Shown here piece after piece: positions 38,962 through 52,500 of a stretch of 64,000 nucleotides of DNA (its first letter is position 1; each line of letters opens with the position of its first letter). This stretch comes from Camelus ferus (Eukaryota). Under the pieces are notes generated by a model. It searched no databases and was not told the origin of the DNA. It saw only the letters and a list, made by a program, of their open reading frames with translations. The stretch covers positions 104,720,001 through 104,784,000 of the forward strand of contig NC_045696.1 in the NCBI RefSeq assembly GCF_009834535.1, in the 5' to 3' direction. The translations under genes were made by a program, and so were the position numbers.

Positions 38962-39060
38962 GGGGTGACTCACTTGTTCTACTTTACTGGGACCTTCTCA
39001 GTTTGGGTACTGAAAGGAAACTCTTAGTCCTAGGTAAACCAGCATGATTTTCCTCCCTCA
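38962..39060. mobile_element. MER81-like hAT MITE
   Basis: ggggtgactcacttgttctactttactgggaccttctcagtttgggtactgaaagg...agtcctaggtaaaccag. Confidence 0.45.
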
Positions 39061-40689
39061 GTGTCCCTTACTCTTCAACTTATTGATGGAGAAGGCCGCA
39101 AGTATCCACTGATTCCCCCTTAAACATTAGTGTTACCTGGAGCACGACTTCACCAGAGTCTTCTCATTGAGAAGGTCAGAGTCACTAGTGAATAGCTTCC
39201 TACCTCCAGTCAGACCATGAACCCAGTCCCTGTTGTGGGTTAACAGGGACCCTCACCATCTTCTTTCTTCTTGACTGACCACCCCTTGCTGCTGAGCTCC
39301 TTCCCCTGTACCCTGGCTCTAGCCCCTCCTCCAGCCATCCTCAGGGGCATCCCCTTAGTGCCCGCCTCTGACCACTCAGTCCAGGAGGAGCCTGTGTGAC
39401 CACACTCGCAGGGTCTCCAGCTGTTGCCAAGGAACCCCGTCCACCCAGGCTTCCATGGAGAGGCCTGGGACTCCAGGATTAAGGATAGAACGTGATGGAG
39501 ATGTGAACAGTAGAATCTTCCAGATGAGATGGACCATCCTAAATTTACCAAAGCTGAGCTGCCACGCAGCAGAACTACACATGGCCTGCAACAGGAGAGA
39601 AATTAAAACCACCACCAATGACAAAAGGCTGCATGGTAGGGAATACACAGACAGACATCTTCAGGAACACTAAGAGCCAGTTTGGGGTGGAAAAAGAAAG
39701 AGCATAATTAATGAGAACAAAGATCTGGGAGGATCTGTTACAGCTAAGAGAAAAAATTCAGGGCAAAGTCCCCAAACTTGTGGGCAGCAGAGAACCAGAG
39801 ATGCTCCTTATGCTCCCTCCAGCAGAGCAGCTCCACCCAGGAAAGGCGTGGAAGGAGAGGTGCTCTATTCTAAGCAAGGCGAGGCCTTTGTGCCCCAGGC
39901 TCTCGGAGCCCCAGGATTATGTGATGGCCCTTGTCCGCCCTAGTAGAGCTGAGATCTGCCTTCTGAGCTGCTTGGCCCTCAGCAGACAGGAGGGAGATAT
40001 AAAACACGGGAAAGGGGAAAATTAGAGTGAATGCAGTGCCCATGAAGGGATAACCAAGAAAGGACCCCAAATATGTCCCCAATTCCATAGCAATCACGGT
40101 CAAGGCTGACAGCTGCCAAGCTGGCAGAAGAAAGAGAAGCAAGGAGCAGAGATAATCAGCACTTTAATTCCAGAGTGATGGATACATCAGGCCTTTCTCT
40201 CTTCCACTCTTCCTGGCAGACCCTCAGCACCAGCGGAATCAGGACCATAGCTGCTGCTGGGAACCACAAATGTCCCTTTTCATTGTCATCCTCTCAGAAA
40301 TCGCAAGCATCGACCAGACCAGCTATTCTGGCTTATTTACTGGTTGCTGTGCCCTCACCCCTCAATTTTTTTTCAAGAGTTCTCAAATCACATCTTGCCT
40401 ACAGCTGGAAATCCTTAGATCACAGACGCTATAGTGAGGGGGAGAATTCGCCACAGGGATGGAGGCATGAAACTTGCAAAGATGGGGACAGAGGGCTCTG
40501 CCACAGGCTGTAGACAGGTGTGGGAGTCCAGTCCAGGCCTCACTTCCCTGTCTAATCTGAACCCTGACATCTGCTCAAAAATTGGGCCATCACAGATCAT
40601 ATCAGCAAAAACATTTGACAACACAATCTCAGTCTGTCACTGAAAATAGAACACATCTGTTTTTTCTCAATTCACTACCTATGAACTAA

Positions 40690-41085
40690 ACCATAAACAT
40701 AAAATCCTGACTCCTATGTTTATAGCAAAAGGTATTTCAAGCAAAGTTGCCCATGGCAGTGTTATTTTTTTTTAAATGGGAAAACATTGTAAACAACTCA
40801 AAGATGCAAAAACAGTAGAATGGTTAAGCAAACCATGATATGGTTATATGATATATAGTTCTGCCTACACTGAAGTATTATTTTTGAGTATGTTTCAATC
40901 CACTTGGAAAACGTTCTGTGAAGAGAGAAAACACGAAGACTCTGAACTGTGCATACTATGATCCAAATGAATAAGAACCATGTATCTATATATGAATTTT
41001 AAAAGTCTAGCAGTGTGGGTAATTTTAGCAGTGTGGGTAATTTTGTTTTATTCTTTATTCTTTTTAGTAATTTTCACATGTACTT
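40690..41085 (+). mobile_element. Old L1ME-like 3' fragment
   Basis: gggaaaacattgtaaacaactcaaagatgcaaaaacagtagaatggttaagcaaaccatgatat. Confidence 0.55.
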
Positions 41086-42644
41086 GAATGAATGCTTGTC
41101 CATCTCTTTCTGCTTCCTGTTTATTCTAGATTTGGACTCTGTGAGGTCCAAGGCATAGCCCACATTGCAGATTCCAGAGCTCAGTCCAAACCCCATTCTT
41201 TGCGGGGACTGCCACACACTGACCTCTGGCTGAGGCCAAGTTTATGCACAGAGAGCAGCACGGGACACCAGCCTCTGGTCCTCAGGAATGACCACATCCT
41301 CAACACAACTTGGGACATAAAGGCACATCTATGGTGAGGCTAATATCGATGGCTCTCTGCTGCCAGGACCAGAGCCCAGAGAGCCATGGGGCAGGGCAGA
41401 CTGAAGATGGCTCTGTCCAGTGTGGGAGAGCCTGAGGCTGCTGGATGGGGCAGTGAGGCCCGAAGGTAGCTGTTCCACGGTGTTCCACGTGGTATTCAGC
41501 CAAAGACCTCTTGTGGGGTTTGCCGCTACCATAAACTACCTAAATATGTATTTACTTACATATTTTTCTTGAAATTGGGGTTAAAAAAAACTTCAGTGAA
41601 TTTACTTAAAAAGAAATCTGAAAAGCCAGTAATACATGCCTGAAATAGAGCGTAACCTAAATAAAATACAAACAGAATGTTATTAAAATTCTAGCTAGAT
41701 GCTGTTGCCTATGGAGAGCTAGGAGATAGAGCTTGCTCCGTCTTTGTCCAAAAGAGAGATTAGCAAGTGTTTGAGAGGTGCTGAAGACATCTTGAGCCTC
41801 CCAAACTGTACCTTTCTCCTTGACATAATCAGAAAGATTTGAAAAAAGAACTTCAAAGGGATGTGACTTAGCTTTCTTTAACACTATGTCCAGGTCCCAT
41901 GGAAATCTTCTACTGCAAAAGAGATCAATCTCACACACTGCACAACCGACAGAGGGGAAAGAAGGCAGGACTTGGAGTCAGTCTGAGGGTCTGACATTGA
42001 GTGACAGGGCTGGTCCATCCTCAGCTTGGTAACCTGGAAGAGTTACTTAATTTCTCTAAGTCTCAATGCCCTTATTTGCAAGACAGAAGCATAATAGCTG
42101 ACCTACTTGTTCCGCAGGGTTGGTGTGAAGCTTGGCTGTAATTTTGTGTGTGTAGCACCTGGCACACATATGTGTCTGTGTGTGTGTGTGCATGTTTATA
42201 ACAAAAGGGCACACAGCTCGCAGCAATCTAAAAGTATATCCTGCAACGAATAGGTTACTCCACAGGAATAAGTGATAGGTAGAATGTAAGGACATTTATT
42301 TCCAACTAATATTTACAGAGTTCTGCACGATTCACAACTCCTTTCCCCTGCATTGTTTAACTGATTGCCCCCACCCTGCCACATAACCAGTCTAGGCAAC
42401 ATAGCTTGATGGTGAGTGACGGCATCAAGCCTTTAGAACAAACTCCAAACTTACCCTTCTCCTTTCTTTAACATCATTGTCACAGATTGTAATCACACCC
42501 TTGTAGTCAGCCTCAAATGAATAAAACGCTTCGGGCTTATTGACGCTAATGAGAAGTAGTATTATTCTGATTACTCTCATTACTACCATTGCCAGTATTG
42601 TCAGGACTGTGATCTACTGGACATCTCTTGGCTGCCAGTCTTCT

Positions 42645-42905
42645 TCTTTTTTTTATTGAAGTATAGTCAGTTACAATGTGTCAATTTCTGGTGTACAGCA
42701 TAATGTCCCAGTCATGCGTGTGTGTGTGTGTATGTGTATATATACACACACACATGCATACATACACATACATACACATATATATTCATTTTCATATTCT
42801 TTTTCATTAAAATTTATTACAATATATTGAATATGGTTCCCTGTGTTATACAGAAGAAATTTGGTTTTTTATCTATTTTTATATGCTGTTAACATTTGCA
42901 AATCT
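42645..42905 (-). mobile_element. Short young L1 3'-UTR fragment containing a TG/CA microsatellite
   Basis: ttttattgaagtatagtcagttacaatgtgtcaatttctggtgtacagcataat...atattcattttcatattctttttca. Confidence 0.88.
42717..42785. repeat. Compound (TG)n-(TA)n-(CA)n microsatellite
   Basis: gcgtgtgtgtgtgtgtatgtgtatatatacacacacacatgcatacatacacatacatacacata. Confidence 0.9.
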
Positions 42906-44169
42906 CTTTACGTTAGGATCTTATTTAATCCATATATTAACCCAGGAGTAGGTACTGTGTTTACCCCCATTTTAAATGAGACCCCTCAAAGGAGCTGAGT
43001 ATGTTATCTGAGACCATAGAGCTGGTCAGTGGAGAGCCTAACTGTGAAACCATGTGTGTCTGCCCAGAGCCTGAGACACTTCACAACCAGGGTTCCCTTC
43101 CTGCCATAAGATGCCAGTGCTGTACAAGCCCCGGGGGAGGGTCTGTGCCACTGGGAAGCTGTGGGGCCCAAAGCATGAACAAAGGCCCTGGGCGGGTCCA
43201 AAGACAAGCAGGCAGATAGATGGGCAGAGGCCAAGCAGAATAAAGAGGACCAAGGGAGATAACCACAGAAGGAAAAATGCCTTCTGCAACAACCAGCTAA
43301 TCAAACCAGGCCAAATCATGTCCCAGGCAATTTTCAGGGCAGCCTTCAGAGGGTCACCCAGGCTGAGAAGCCAGCCAATTATGCCTGATCATTCTCTGCA
43401 GCCCTGTCCTTACAAAAGACAAGTCCAGACTGGCCCAATGTAGACAAATGAGCAGTACTATTACCTCTGAAAGGCAATCTAATTCCTTTCAAATTTAGAA
43501 GTCTCCACTGTTTCCTAACAGGCCTCCGTGGGGCTCAAGTAGAAATTAATAAGCTCACGGCATGCTCAGCTTGCTTTCCTTTTTGTTTTTTTGCCTTGCA
43601 CTGGACAGGATTTTCATTATGACTCAAGGATTTTTATGCATCTGATTCTCCAAGAAGATCATGTCTGCTGGGCTCAGACACCAGGCTGAGAGCTGAATCA
43701 GGTCTAATGGACCTGACTGAGGTGGGAGGGAGGTTTCACTGACTGAGAGTCAGCATGTGTACTAATCAGCTGGGGCAGGGATCAAAGGGAAATATCACAG
43801 GGAACGAGAACTCCCAGCAAGGAGGAAAAGCCCTGGGCTCCAATCCCAGCCCTGAGGATGTCCTGCTCTGGGACACCAAGCAATTGTCTCGGGCTCCCTG
43901 CGAGTTAGTTATCTCCTCTATGAAAGAAGCAGAGAGAAGGGTCACGGAAAGGAAATTAGAATTTTTGAAACTTCTACTGTCTCTTGAATCACTGAGACAT
44001 GCATCCTAGACATTCTTTAATCAATACAACAACCCTGGAAACCTTATATATTATTTCACAAACAAAGGGAGTGAGACTACTGTAACTGGTGATTCCATCT
44101 TATGGCCATGAAACCACACCATGAATGAGCCATATGGGGCCAGGGAATGAGAGACTCGTGTGACTGCCA

Positions 44170-45600
44170 CTGCAAACCCATACGATTTTTCTGGAAAGCA
44201 ATTTAACATGTTTCAGGAACATTAACATAGCTGACCAATTAATTCGAATTCTGAAATCCATCCAAATGATAGACTCAGAAATACAGACACATGTTATAAT
44301 AAAGTAAGCTACTAGGATATATTGTACAACACAGAGAATAGAGCCAATATTTTATATCTATAAGTGGAGTCTAACCTTTAGAAGTTGTAAATCACTGCAT
44401 TGAACATCATCTATATGTCAATCAAAAAAAAAATGAAATAGACAGATTTCCCATCATTTCATACCTGTTAGAATGCCCAGCATCAAGAAGAGATAACAAG
44501 CATTGCAGGATGTGGAGAAAAGAGAATTCTTGTGTACAAACACTATGGAAAACAGTATGTGAAGTTTCCTTAAAAAATTAAAAATAGAACTACCATACAA
44601 TCCAGCAGTCTCACTTCTGGATATATATCTGAAGGAAATGAAATCAGGATCTTGAAGAGATATCCACACTCCCACGCTTAAAGCAGCATTATTTACAATG
44701 GCCAAGATACGGAAACTACCTAAGTGTCTGTTCATAGATGAATATACATATATATATATATATAATATTCAACCACGAGAAAGAAGGAAATCCTGCCATT
44801 TGTGACAACATGGAGGGACCTTGAGGGCAGCATGCTAAGTGAAATAAGTTAGAGAATGACAAATACTGTGTGAAATCACTTACACGTGGAATGTAAAAGA
44901 GCTGAATTCATAGAAACAGAGTAGAATGGTGGTTACCAGGGGTTGGGGGTGGGGAAATGGGAGATGTTAATCGGAGGGTACAAACTTCCAGTTATACAAG
45001 TTGGGGGACTCTAAAGTACAGTATGGTGATTATAGTAATAATACTATAATTGAAATACAGTATTACAATTGAATACTGAACTTGACAATTGCTAAGAGAG
45101 TAGACCTTAAATGTCCTCACCTCAAAAAAGAAGTGGTAATTATGTGAGGAGACAGAGCTGTTAGCTAACATTATGTGGTGGTAATCATTTTGCAGTACAC
45201 AAGTGCATCCAGTCAACACGTTGTGTACCTTAAACACAATTTTATATGTCAATCATATCTGAATAAAGCTGGAAAAAATAAAGGAATGGTAAACTATGGA
45301 ATATTCATTGAATAGGAAATCATGCAACCATTTAATCAGTTGCAGAACAGCAATAAAATGGTGTATATTCATTAAGTCAGTGGGGAAAAATAAGTTATAG
45401 TATTGACTATGGACTGAGATCACAATTGTTGGATAAAAACAGAGCAGAAAAATGACTGGAATGAAATACACTAAAATATTGACAGAGGCTCTCTCTAGGG
45501 GTAGGAAATTCTCACATTTTCCATATTAAACACATAATTATCATAATCAGGAGATACACCATAAAACCTATTTCATATCCCTGAATTTTGTATTTCTATG
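44170..45600 (+). mobile_element. Nested L1 cluster: old L1ME-like host with an L1 tail (about 44295-44432) and an L1MA-like 3' end (about 44452-45278)
   Basis: gtttccttaaaaaattaaaaatagaactaccatacaatccagcagtc...gaaggaaatcctgccatttgtgacaacatggagggaccttgagggca...gtcaatcatatctgaataaagctggaaaaa. Confidence 0.85.
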
Positions 45601-48300
45601 CAAAATGCAATCATGATTTTATTTAAATGAATGATATTTTATGTAGAAATTCTTCTTAAAAATTTTTTTCAAGGAGGGCAATCACAAGAGAAACAGGACA
45701 GAACAAAAGTGATGTGAATGGAACCATGCCCCAGGAAGCTTATAGCTCAACTCATAGGCTGAGTTGGAAATAAAGACCCCTGGGACAAGGGTGGGAAAAC
45801 TGACACACGATGCCAGAGCAGTTGATAAGGGGGGACCAAAAGCTGCAGTTGACTTCGAAAAGCGATGGAGCCGGCAGATAGAAATTTTTCAATTTTATGA
45901 GAATGATAGGGATCTGAAATAAATCTTCAGTATTTTCTTTTTAAGATAAATGTTTTAAAATAAATGCCTGCAGCATGGATGGATGGCTAGTGCCTGTGTC
46001 CTGTCTTGGGGCTGATGATAAATAACACTGAGAAAAATAGCTTTGACCATTCTAAAAAGCATCTTTAGTTTTTACTCTTAAGAGCTTGGAAGATTATGTT
46101 TTGATACATTAAGCTAGATTTCTTTTTTAATGCACTTGCAAATATCAAGAGGAGTATAGAAACTGTCTTCAGATAGAAACAACTACTCAAGGCTTTGCTT
46201 AAAAGCAAACCTTAGTTTCAAAAGGTGTCAGAAAAGTCTGTGGTCACATCTAATGGTCAGAATACAAATTCAAGTTTGAAAGTATTTTATGAATTTATAA
46301 TTTAAGCAAATCCTTCAGGTGAAATTATTAATTGTCCTTCAGGCTGACAACCAAGTAATTGCTTATAAATCCACACTTTCAAATATCAGATTTCCTTGAA
46401 ATTATTTTTCCATTTTGGTCCTTTACATTAAGGAGTTTATAACTTTACTGTAGAACAGCTTATTCAACAGCCTTAGGTTCCAAGTTCATTACTGGATGAG
46501 AACAAGTCTACTCTGAGGCAGACATGATCAATAATCAGACACATCCCTCATCTTTTAAAGTGTTAGCCTCACTACACTACTGTGACTTAATGGCATCCGT
46601 TTACTTCCCATTTGATATGTCACTAATTTTTTCTCTGACGTTTCAAAGATGGGTCACACACTCAGATGGAAAGATGAATAAAGGACCCATGTGATGGAAG
46701 GACCTTTGCTGTGAGAGAGGGGCTGACGGAAGCCAGGACTCAGCTCTGTATTTTAGATCGAGTTCATCAAGATAAACCAGAATCCTACAATTTTATGCCA
46801 AATCTCCCAACTTCTAAATGTTGTCTCTGTTTCATTTTTTTAAAGCACACAGTACAAGCCAATCCAAGCATTTCCATGACCTGAACATTTTTGCTAGTGT
46901 TTATTTTAAAATCTCTTTTCCAGGAGGTTGGTGAGAATTGCTGATTAACCCCGATATGGTTTAGTTATGTCCAAGAAGGGGATGAGCTGGAATATTCCTG
47001 GACTGGGAAAGAAGGTCTGGGGAAGACACTTCGTCTTTTGTGGAAAAGACAGCATGGGATTTACACTGCCAAGTGGCATTAGGATGAGCTGGGACCCCCG
47101 AGGATGGCTGGAAGATGTATGGAAATGTCCCCACTCTAAACACTATGGAAGTCACATTAAGGTACCCTTGGTGGTTATGACTCTACATAAAATAAAGATA
47201 AAGCCTTCTTCTGAGAGTCAAGAGTAGTTCCCTCATGCTCCGCAAGAATGCTTACGGGTTTATCTTCACATAAGGCTGAAATTCCCCATTTAACCCCGCT
47301 CCTTACTTTTATAATGTACTGTAATGGAAAAAAGGCCTTCACAGAGCTTATCTCTTAGAAGTATCAAAGAGCCAATTTTTTTCTGTCCAAGTAGCTCATA
47401 ACGTAGCAGACAAACTGTCAGAAAAGATAGACTTCATCATGGTGAAAACCTCAGCCTGGCACCCATCTATCATAAAGCAATCTTCCAGAAATCTTGAAAA
47501 CCTTCATTAAATTTCCTGTCTTTCTCCTGACAGTTATAAAATGCTAACAATATTACTCATGATACAGGCATCTTCAGAAATTCTTTGTCCGATCCCTCCT
47601 CCCCCTGCCATCACCCATCCCCTTTTCTTCGCCAAAATCTATGGAAACATGAGACATAGCCATCTTCTTTGCGCATCCCTCCTAGGACCTGGCCCTTGCA
47701 GGAGGTTGGAGGAGGGAGACGTGTAGTCTTGAAGACAAAGATAAGGCTCTCTAGCCACAAGCTGCAAGGGCAAAATGGCACTGCCTCCAGATTCCTCCTC
47801 CCAAAGCTGCACCCACTTCGAAGCTTAAGGGCATGACCCTGTCCCACCCTTAGCAAATAACATTTGATCCTTTTTCTTTCCCTTTTCTCTTGTCCATCTA
47901 CAAAGTTACAACTTCTCACCTGTCCATGATATGTGGGTAGTGGGGACAGTGGGTCACACATCTCATGTCTATGGATCATTTTTCTAGAGAGAAAATTCCC
48001 CTACGGACCTTGCTGGCTCAACTTTTCCAATTCCAGGGACCACTTCAGCGATATACCATCTCTCAAAAGAAGAAGACATAAGGGTCTTGCATTGGAAGCA
48101 ACACCAAGGAGAAAAACCTTAGGGTGATATAGAAACCACACCAGGAATCAGGAGAGGCATACAGCTTTGAGATCACAGGCTGATCTGTGAGAGACACAGG
48201 TGGTGGCAATAGCAATAAAGCCCATCCCTGGGCTTCAAGACGGTTTCCCAACACATCTCCCAAGTGAGCGGAGCCCAACCACGTGGAGCCATCACCTTAC

Positions 48301-48423
48301 CTGCAAAAGGAACCGGTGCATCTTTATCCAGGGCGACCAACGGTGGGTCCAAAATGACCGTGTCATTGTTCTCCGTGATGACTCCATGATACGAAGTCTC
48401 AATCCATGGTTTGTGCTTGTTCA
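48301..48423 (-). CDS. CLSTN2: Calsyntenin-2 internal coding exon (exon 2; start of first cadherin repeat), 123 bp, phase 1-1
   Basis: The minus-strand frame gives VNKHKPWIETSYHGVITENNDTVILDPPLVALDKDAPVPFAG, the calsyntenin N-terminal signature, with CLSTN2-type residues as I recall them. It is bounded by a polypyrimidine tract plus ttttctAG acceptor (48425-48424) and a GCAG|GTaagg donor (48300-48299). Confidence 0.95.
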
Positions 48424-48475
48424 CTAGAAAACAATGGGAAAAAAAAAAAAACAAAAACAGAAAGATTGACTTTGA
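48424..48475 (-). promoter_or_regulatory. 3' splice site: long U-rich polypyrimidine tract and AG acceptor of the CLSTN2 exon
   Basis: Minus strand reads gtcaatctttctgtttttg-T-run-cccattgttttctAG directly before the exon. gtcaAt is a possible branch point. Confidence 0.85.
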
Positions 48476-49133
48476 AGATCATCATTTGAATAACTAATCC
48501 ATAACGATATTATTAATATTGTACATTTGCACACCCATAGGCTCTCATCCAACCTCACATGAGGGATATAGAGTACGTTCATCCTATTTCACACCCAGGG
48601 TGGCTTCAGAGATGTGCTCAGAGAGGTTCAACAATTCACTCAAGGCGCACAGAAAGTAAGGGCGGCGCTAGGACTCAGTTACACTTTTAGTTCTAAGACC
48701 GTGGCTCTCTCACCTTACCAAAATCCCATTATTTCTATTTCTTGATGCCCAATATCAAGAGATATTTTTAAGACATCAATCAAAAGCTTTAATTCTCAAC
48801 TGCTACCATCTATTAATAGATGTTTCAGAGTTAAAGCCTCTTATCAATCAACTAACTAGCAGACTGCAGCTGTGTGCTGGGATTTCTGACCTCAGCCTAA
48901 TCTGATCCATCATTAGGAGCTGTTACCACATTTTATATACAGATACACATGTAAGGACCAATATATGTGGAAGCGTACAACAAATGTTTGAATATTTTCT
49001 GATCATTTAAGGTTGTGTCTATCTAAATGGTCTAGATTATCTAGTATTTTAACTTGCTCTTCAATAATTTGACCAGCTGAACAATATACTATATAATGTA
49101 CAATTAATACACTTAAAATGCATATCAAATATA

Positions 49134-49517
49134 TGTTACTAGTTTAAGCGTGTCCCCGAAAAAAAGATTTGGAGTCCTAACCTCCTGAATCTTGGAATGT
49201 GACCTTATCTGAAGATAGGGTCTTTATAGAAGTAATCAAGTTAAAATGAGGTCATTAGGGTTGGCCCTAATCCAAAATGACTGGTGTCCTCATAAAAAGG
49301 GGAAATTTGGACACAGAGACAGACATACACACAAGGAGAAGGTTGTGCTGCCACAAGTCAAGGAACCACCAAGAGCTATAAGACAGACCTTCAGAGCAAG
49401 CATGGTCCTGCTGACAATTTGACCTCAGACTTTTGGCTTCCAGAACTGTGAGACAGTAAGTTTCTGTTGTTCTAAGCCACCCAGTTTGTGGTACTTTGTT
49501 AGAAGCAAATGAATACA
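49134..49517 (+). mobile_element. MaLR solo LTR (MLT1B/C-like)
   Basis: gaatgtgaccttatctgaagatagggtcttt...aagttaaaatgaggtcattagggttggccctaatcc...ccagaactgtgagacagtaagtttctgttgttctaagccacccagtttgtggtactttgtt...aataca. Confidence 0.88.
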
Positions 49518-52500
49518 AGATAATGTAAAGTCAGTCAGTACCAAGACTTGTGCCAGGATTGGTGTAAGAGTCCCATGTGACGATCTGATCTGGTGAATAC
49601 CCTATTCCTGTCAATTCCACCTATGTAAATAGCTACATGGCCTCCGGATTGGTCTTCCAGTAAGAAGTCTTGTCCCCACTCCAGTCCATCCTCAACACTG
49701 GCATTAAGAGTGATTTTTCTAAAATATTAATCTAATTCTTCCACTGTGAGCTCCTTGGTTTGCCTTTTTATTCCCCCACATATCCTCACAGAAGTCTGGG
49801 TGCAGAGTAGTTAGCAACCAAACAACAGATAAGAGGGAGCCCTAGAGTAATCAGAGGTGTCCCAGTGCCAATCCTCACACTTGGCTTCACAGTTTCAGAG
49901 ATGTTGTCACATACGTGATGCTCCCCACTGCAACTTGCAAAGTAAGTGTGATCATTATGAAAATGATAAAAGAAACTACTTTCACAAGGTGTGACTTCCC
50001 CAAGATGGCCACAAGGTTAACAACTAATCAGTTGTGAAAACCAAAACCTTTTTCATACACTGTGATATTCAAAAAGTGCACACACACATAATACATGTTA
50101 TGTACATTATACTATATAACTCACATTATAATATATTTTATATACACAATGCATGTGACATATTTTTTCAATAGCCATGGCAAAACAAGAGCTTATACAC
50201 AGATTTAAGAACAGCTCAGTTGCAGCTTTCCCCTTCCCACTCCATCACGCTTCAAAATGTCAGTGAAGAGCTGTTCCAGGATTGGTGGTGGGCTCCACCT
50301 GGGCTGCCATTTTGCTCTCTGTCTCCCATTCCACAGCAACCACGAACTAACTGAGAGGCAGTTTAGTGGGGCAGGGACATATGCATTGCTGTTCTCAGGT
50401 CTTGGCTTCTGAGACCTATTCTGGTGATTGAATCACACCCAGGGCAGAGAGCTGCTCTGCCTAGAGCAGGTATTAACGGGCTGCAGGCGCATCCATGCTC
50501 ACTTGTTGGCATTCAAACCAGTGCTTCATTATGGACCGTGGAAGAATTACAGCCACTCTGGGCTGTCCCCACACTCCTGTGCTCTTTTATTAGCCATCAA
50601 CACAAATGCAATGTAAATAATTTGCAACTGTTGGGAGAAACAATTAATCTTTTTTTTCCCTTTAATTAAACCTAGGGGCCTATTCAATTAGAAATGTGTA
50701 CAGAGGATATGCCAGGAACTCATCTAGTGTTTCAGATTCATGTGCCACTTGGCTCAGTGGCAGACAACGGAATCTAGAGTCACAGCGCTGGACTTCAGTG
50801 TCTTGGCCACTTCAGGGCTGGTCCTATACGAGTCAGCTGGCCTCAGTATCTCAACTCTGCCACCTGTAAAATGGGGAAGAAGGGGTTGCCATGGGGTTGT
50901 CATGTCATTCAGATGTCCTGGGCAGAGCACATAGCCTCTGACATTTCATTACCCAGACTCACCCCCTGCTCTCTGGGCAGTAACAGTGTCTGAAGGAGAA
51001 GTGCTTTGTTGCCCCTAAAGTTGAGAAGTCAAGATTTCTCCCTCATTAGTGGGGATGGGTTTATTTCCTTCTACCCACAGGCCTGCCTCCCTTTTCTCCT
51101 CTCTATTACTACTACAGTTAGTTGAGTACTTATTGCATATTAGGCATTTGAAATACATTAATTAATCCTCCCAACAAACCCACCAGATTAGACTTTGTAT
51201 CTCATTGTGCAGGTGAGGAACTGAGTCTCAGAGGGGTTTAGATGCACCCTTTTTGGAAAATAAGATGGTTCATATCCCTAAAATTTCTTCATTTCTCTCC
51301 CACTTTTTAACTTTCTTTAGATCTATCTCAAGTTTTGTTTTGTCAAGGTTGATAAACATTTGCATTTTGATGAGTAATTAACTTAAAAACTAAATCTTTG
51401 CTTTGAGTATAGATCAGATCCTCAGGGTTGCAAACTAATGACTTACACTGACATAATTTTGACCATGAGGATACCATTCATGGCTGAGCCAAGTATTGTG
51501 TCAAGGATTACTTTTCCTTCTTAGTGGTCCAACAGTCATTTCAAGAACACCATTCCTTGTATTCAAACCAATTGGATTCTTGATTCTTTCATACCATCAA
51601 AAAGCTGAATCATACTCCATTTTTACTTGCATCATATATGGAACTAGCCTTCTTTGTATATTATTTGTTTTCTGAACTTAATGATTGTCTTTTGATTTCC
51701 GTTGAGTAATGAAACATAGGACTTCTTCCTCACATCCCAACAATATTATAGCTTTTTAATCATTCCATCTATTACTCATTCTTTATTTGTAAAGTGGAGA
51801 TACTTACTTCATAGGAATATTGTGAAAACTGTGTGATCATTTAGGCAAATCTACTACCCCTGATGTGACAAGGCATTCAAGTACCCTTAAGTCCCCCTAG
51901 CTCATCATGCTTCTGAGTGGTTGAAGTGTGGCCTTACACTCTCAGGGGATGCAGCCCAGCTTCACTCATTCAACAAGTATTTATGGAGTACCTAAAATGT
52001 GCAAACATAGTCTGAGCATTGGCATTAAAAGGGGGTTAAAATGTCCCTGAAAAAAGCATTTGACAAAATTCAACATCCATTCACAATTAAAACTATCAGT
52101 GAATGAGGAGTAGAAGGAAACTTCCCCAATCAGACAAAGAACTTTTATAAAAAATCTATATAGCTAACATCATACTTAGTGACTAAAGAGTGAATTTTTT
52201 CCTACTCAGATTGGAAATGAAAAAGTAAAATTGTCTTTATTTGCAGAGAACATGATCATCAATAAGCAAATTCTATGAAATCTACAAAAGTACTACTAGA
52301 ACTAATAAATAATTTTATTTATTATCTATGTGTAGAAAGTCAATATATAAGAATCAATTGTATTTCTATGTTCTAGAAATAAATAATTGGAAATTTAAAT
52401 TTTAAGATATTAATATATCTTGAAAAAGCATGAAACATTTAGGAATGACTTTCACAAAATACATACAAGATCTGTACACTGAAAACTCTTAAGATATTGC

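Larger units (their letters stand above)
1..48300 (-). other. CLSTN2: CLSTN2 intron downstream of the exon (intron 2, partial)
   Basis: GT donor at 48300. No further calsyntenin peptide was recognised down to position 1. Mammalian CLSTN2 is known to have very long first introns. Confidence 0.8.

Noticed and set aside
40222..40243. RE1 left half-site TCAGCACC (also tcagcacacggatac near 11603)
   Set aside because: No correctly spaced GGACAG right half, so likely chance.
42404..42430. 8-bp inverted repeat gcttgatg...catcaagc
   Set aside because: Stems this short are expected many times by chance in 64 kb.
48173..48454. 93-aa ORF taken as a complete gene
   Set aside because: Only 48301-48423 is exon. 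The MFFFFSHCFL start is the polypyrimidine tract, and the tail after FAG is intron read-through beyond the GT donor.
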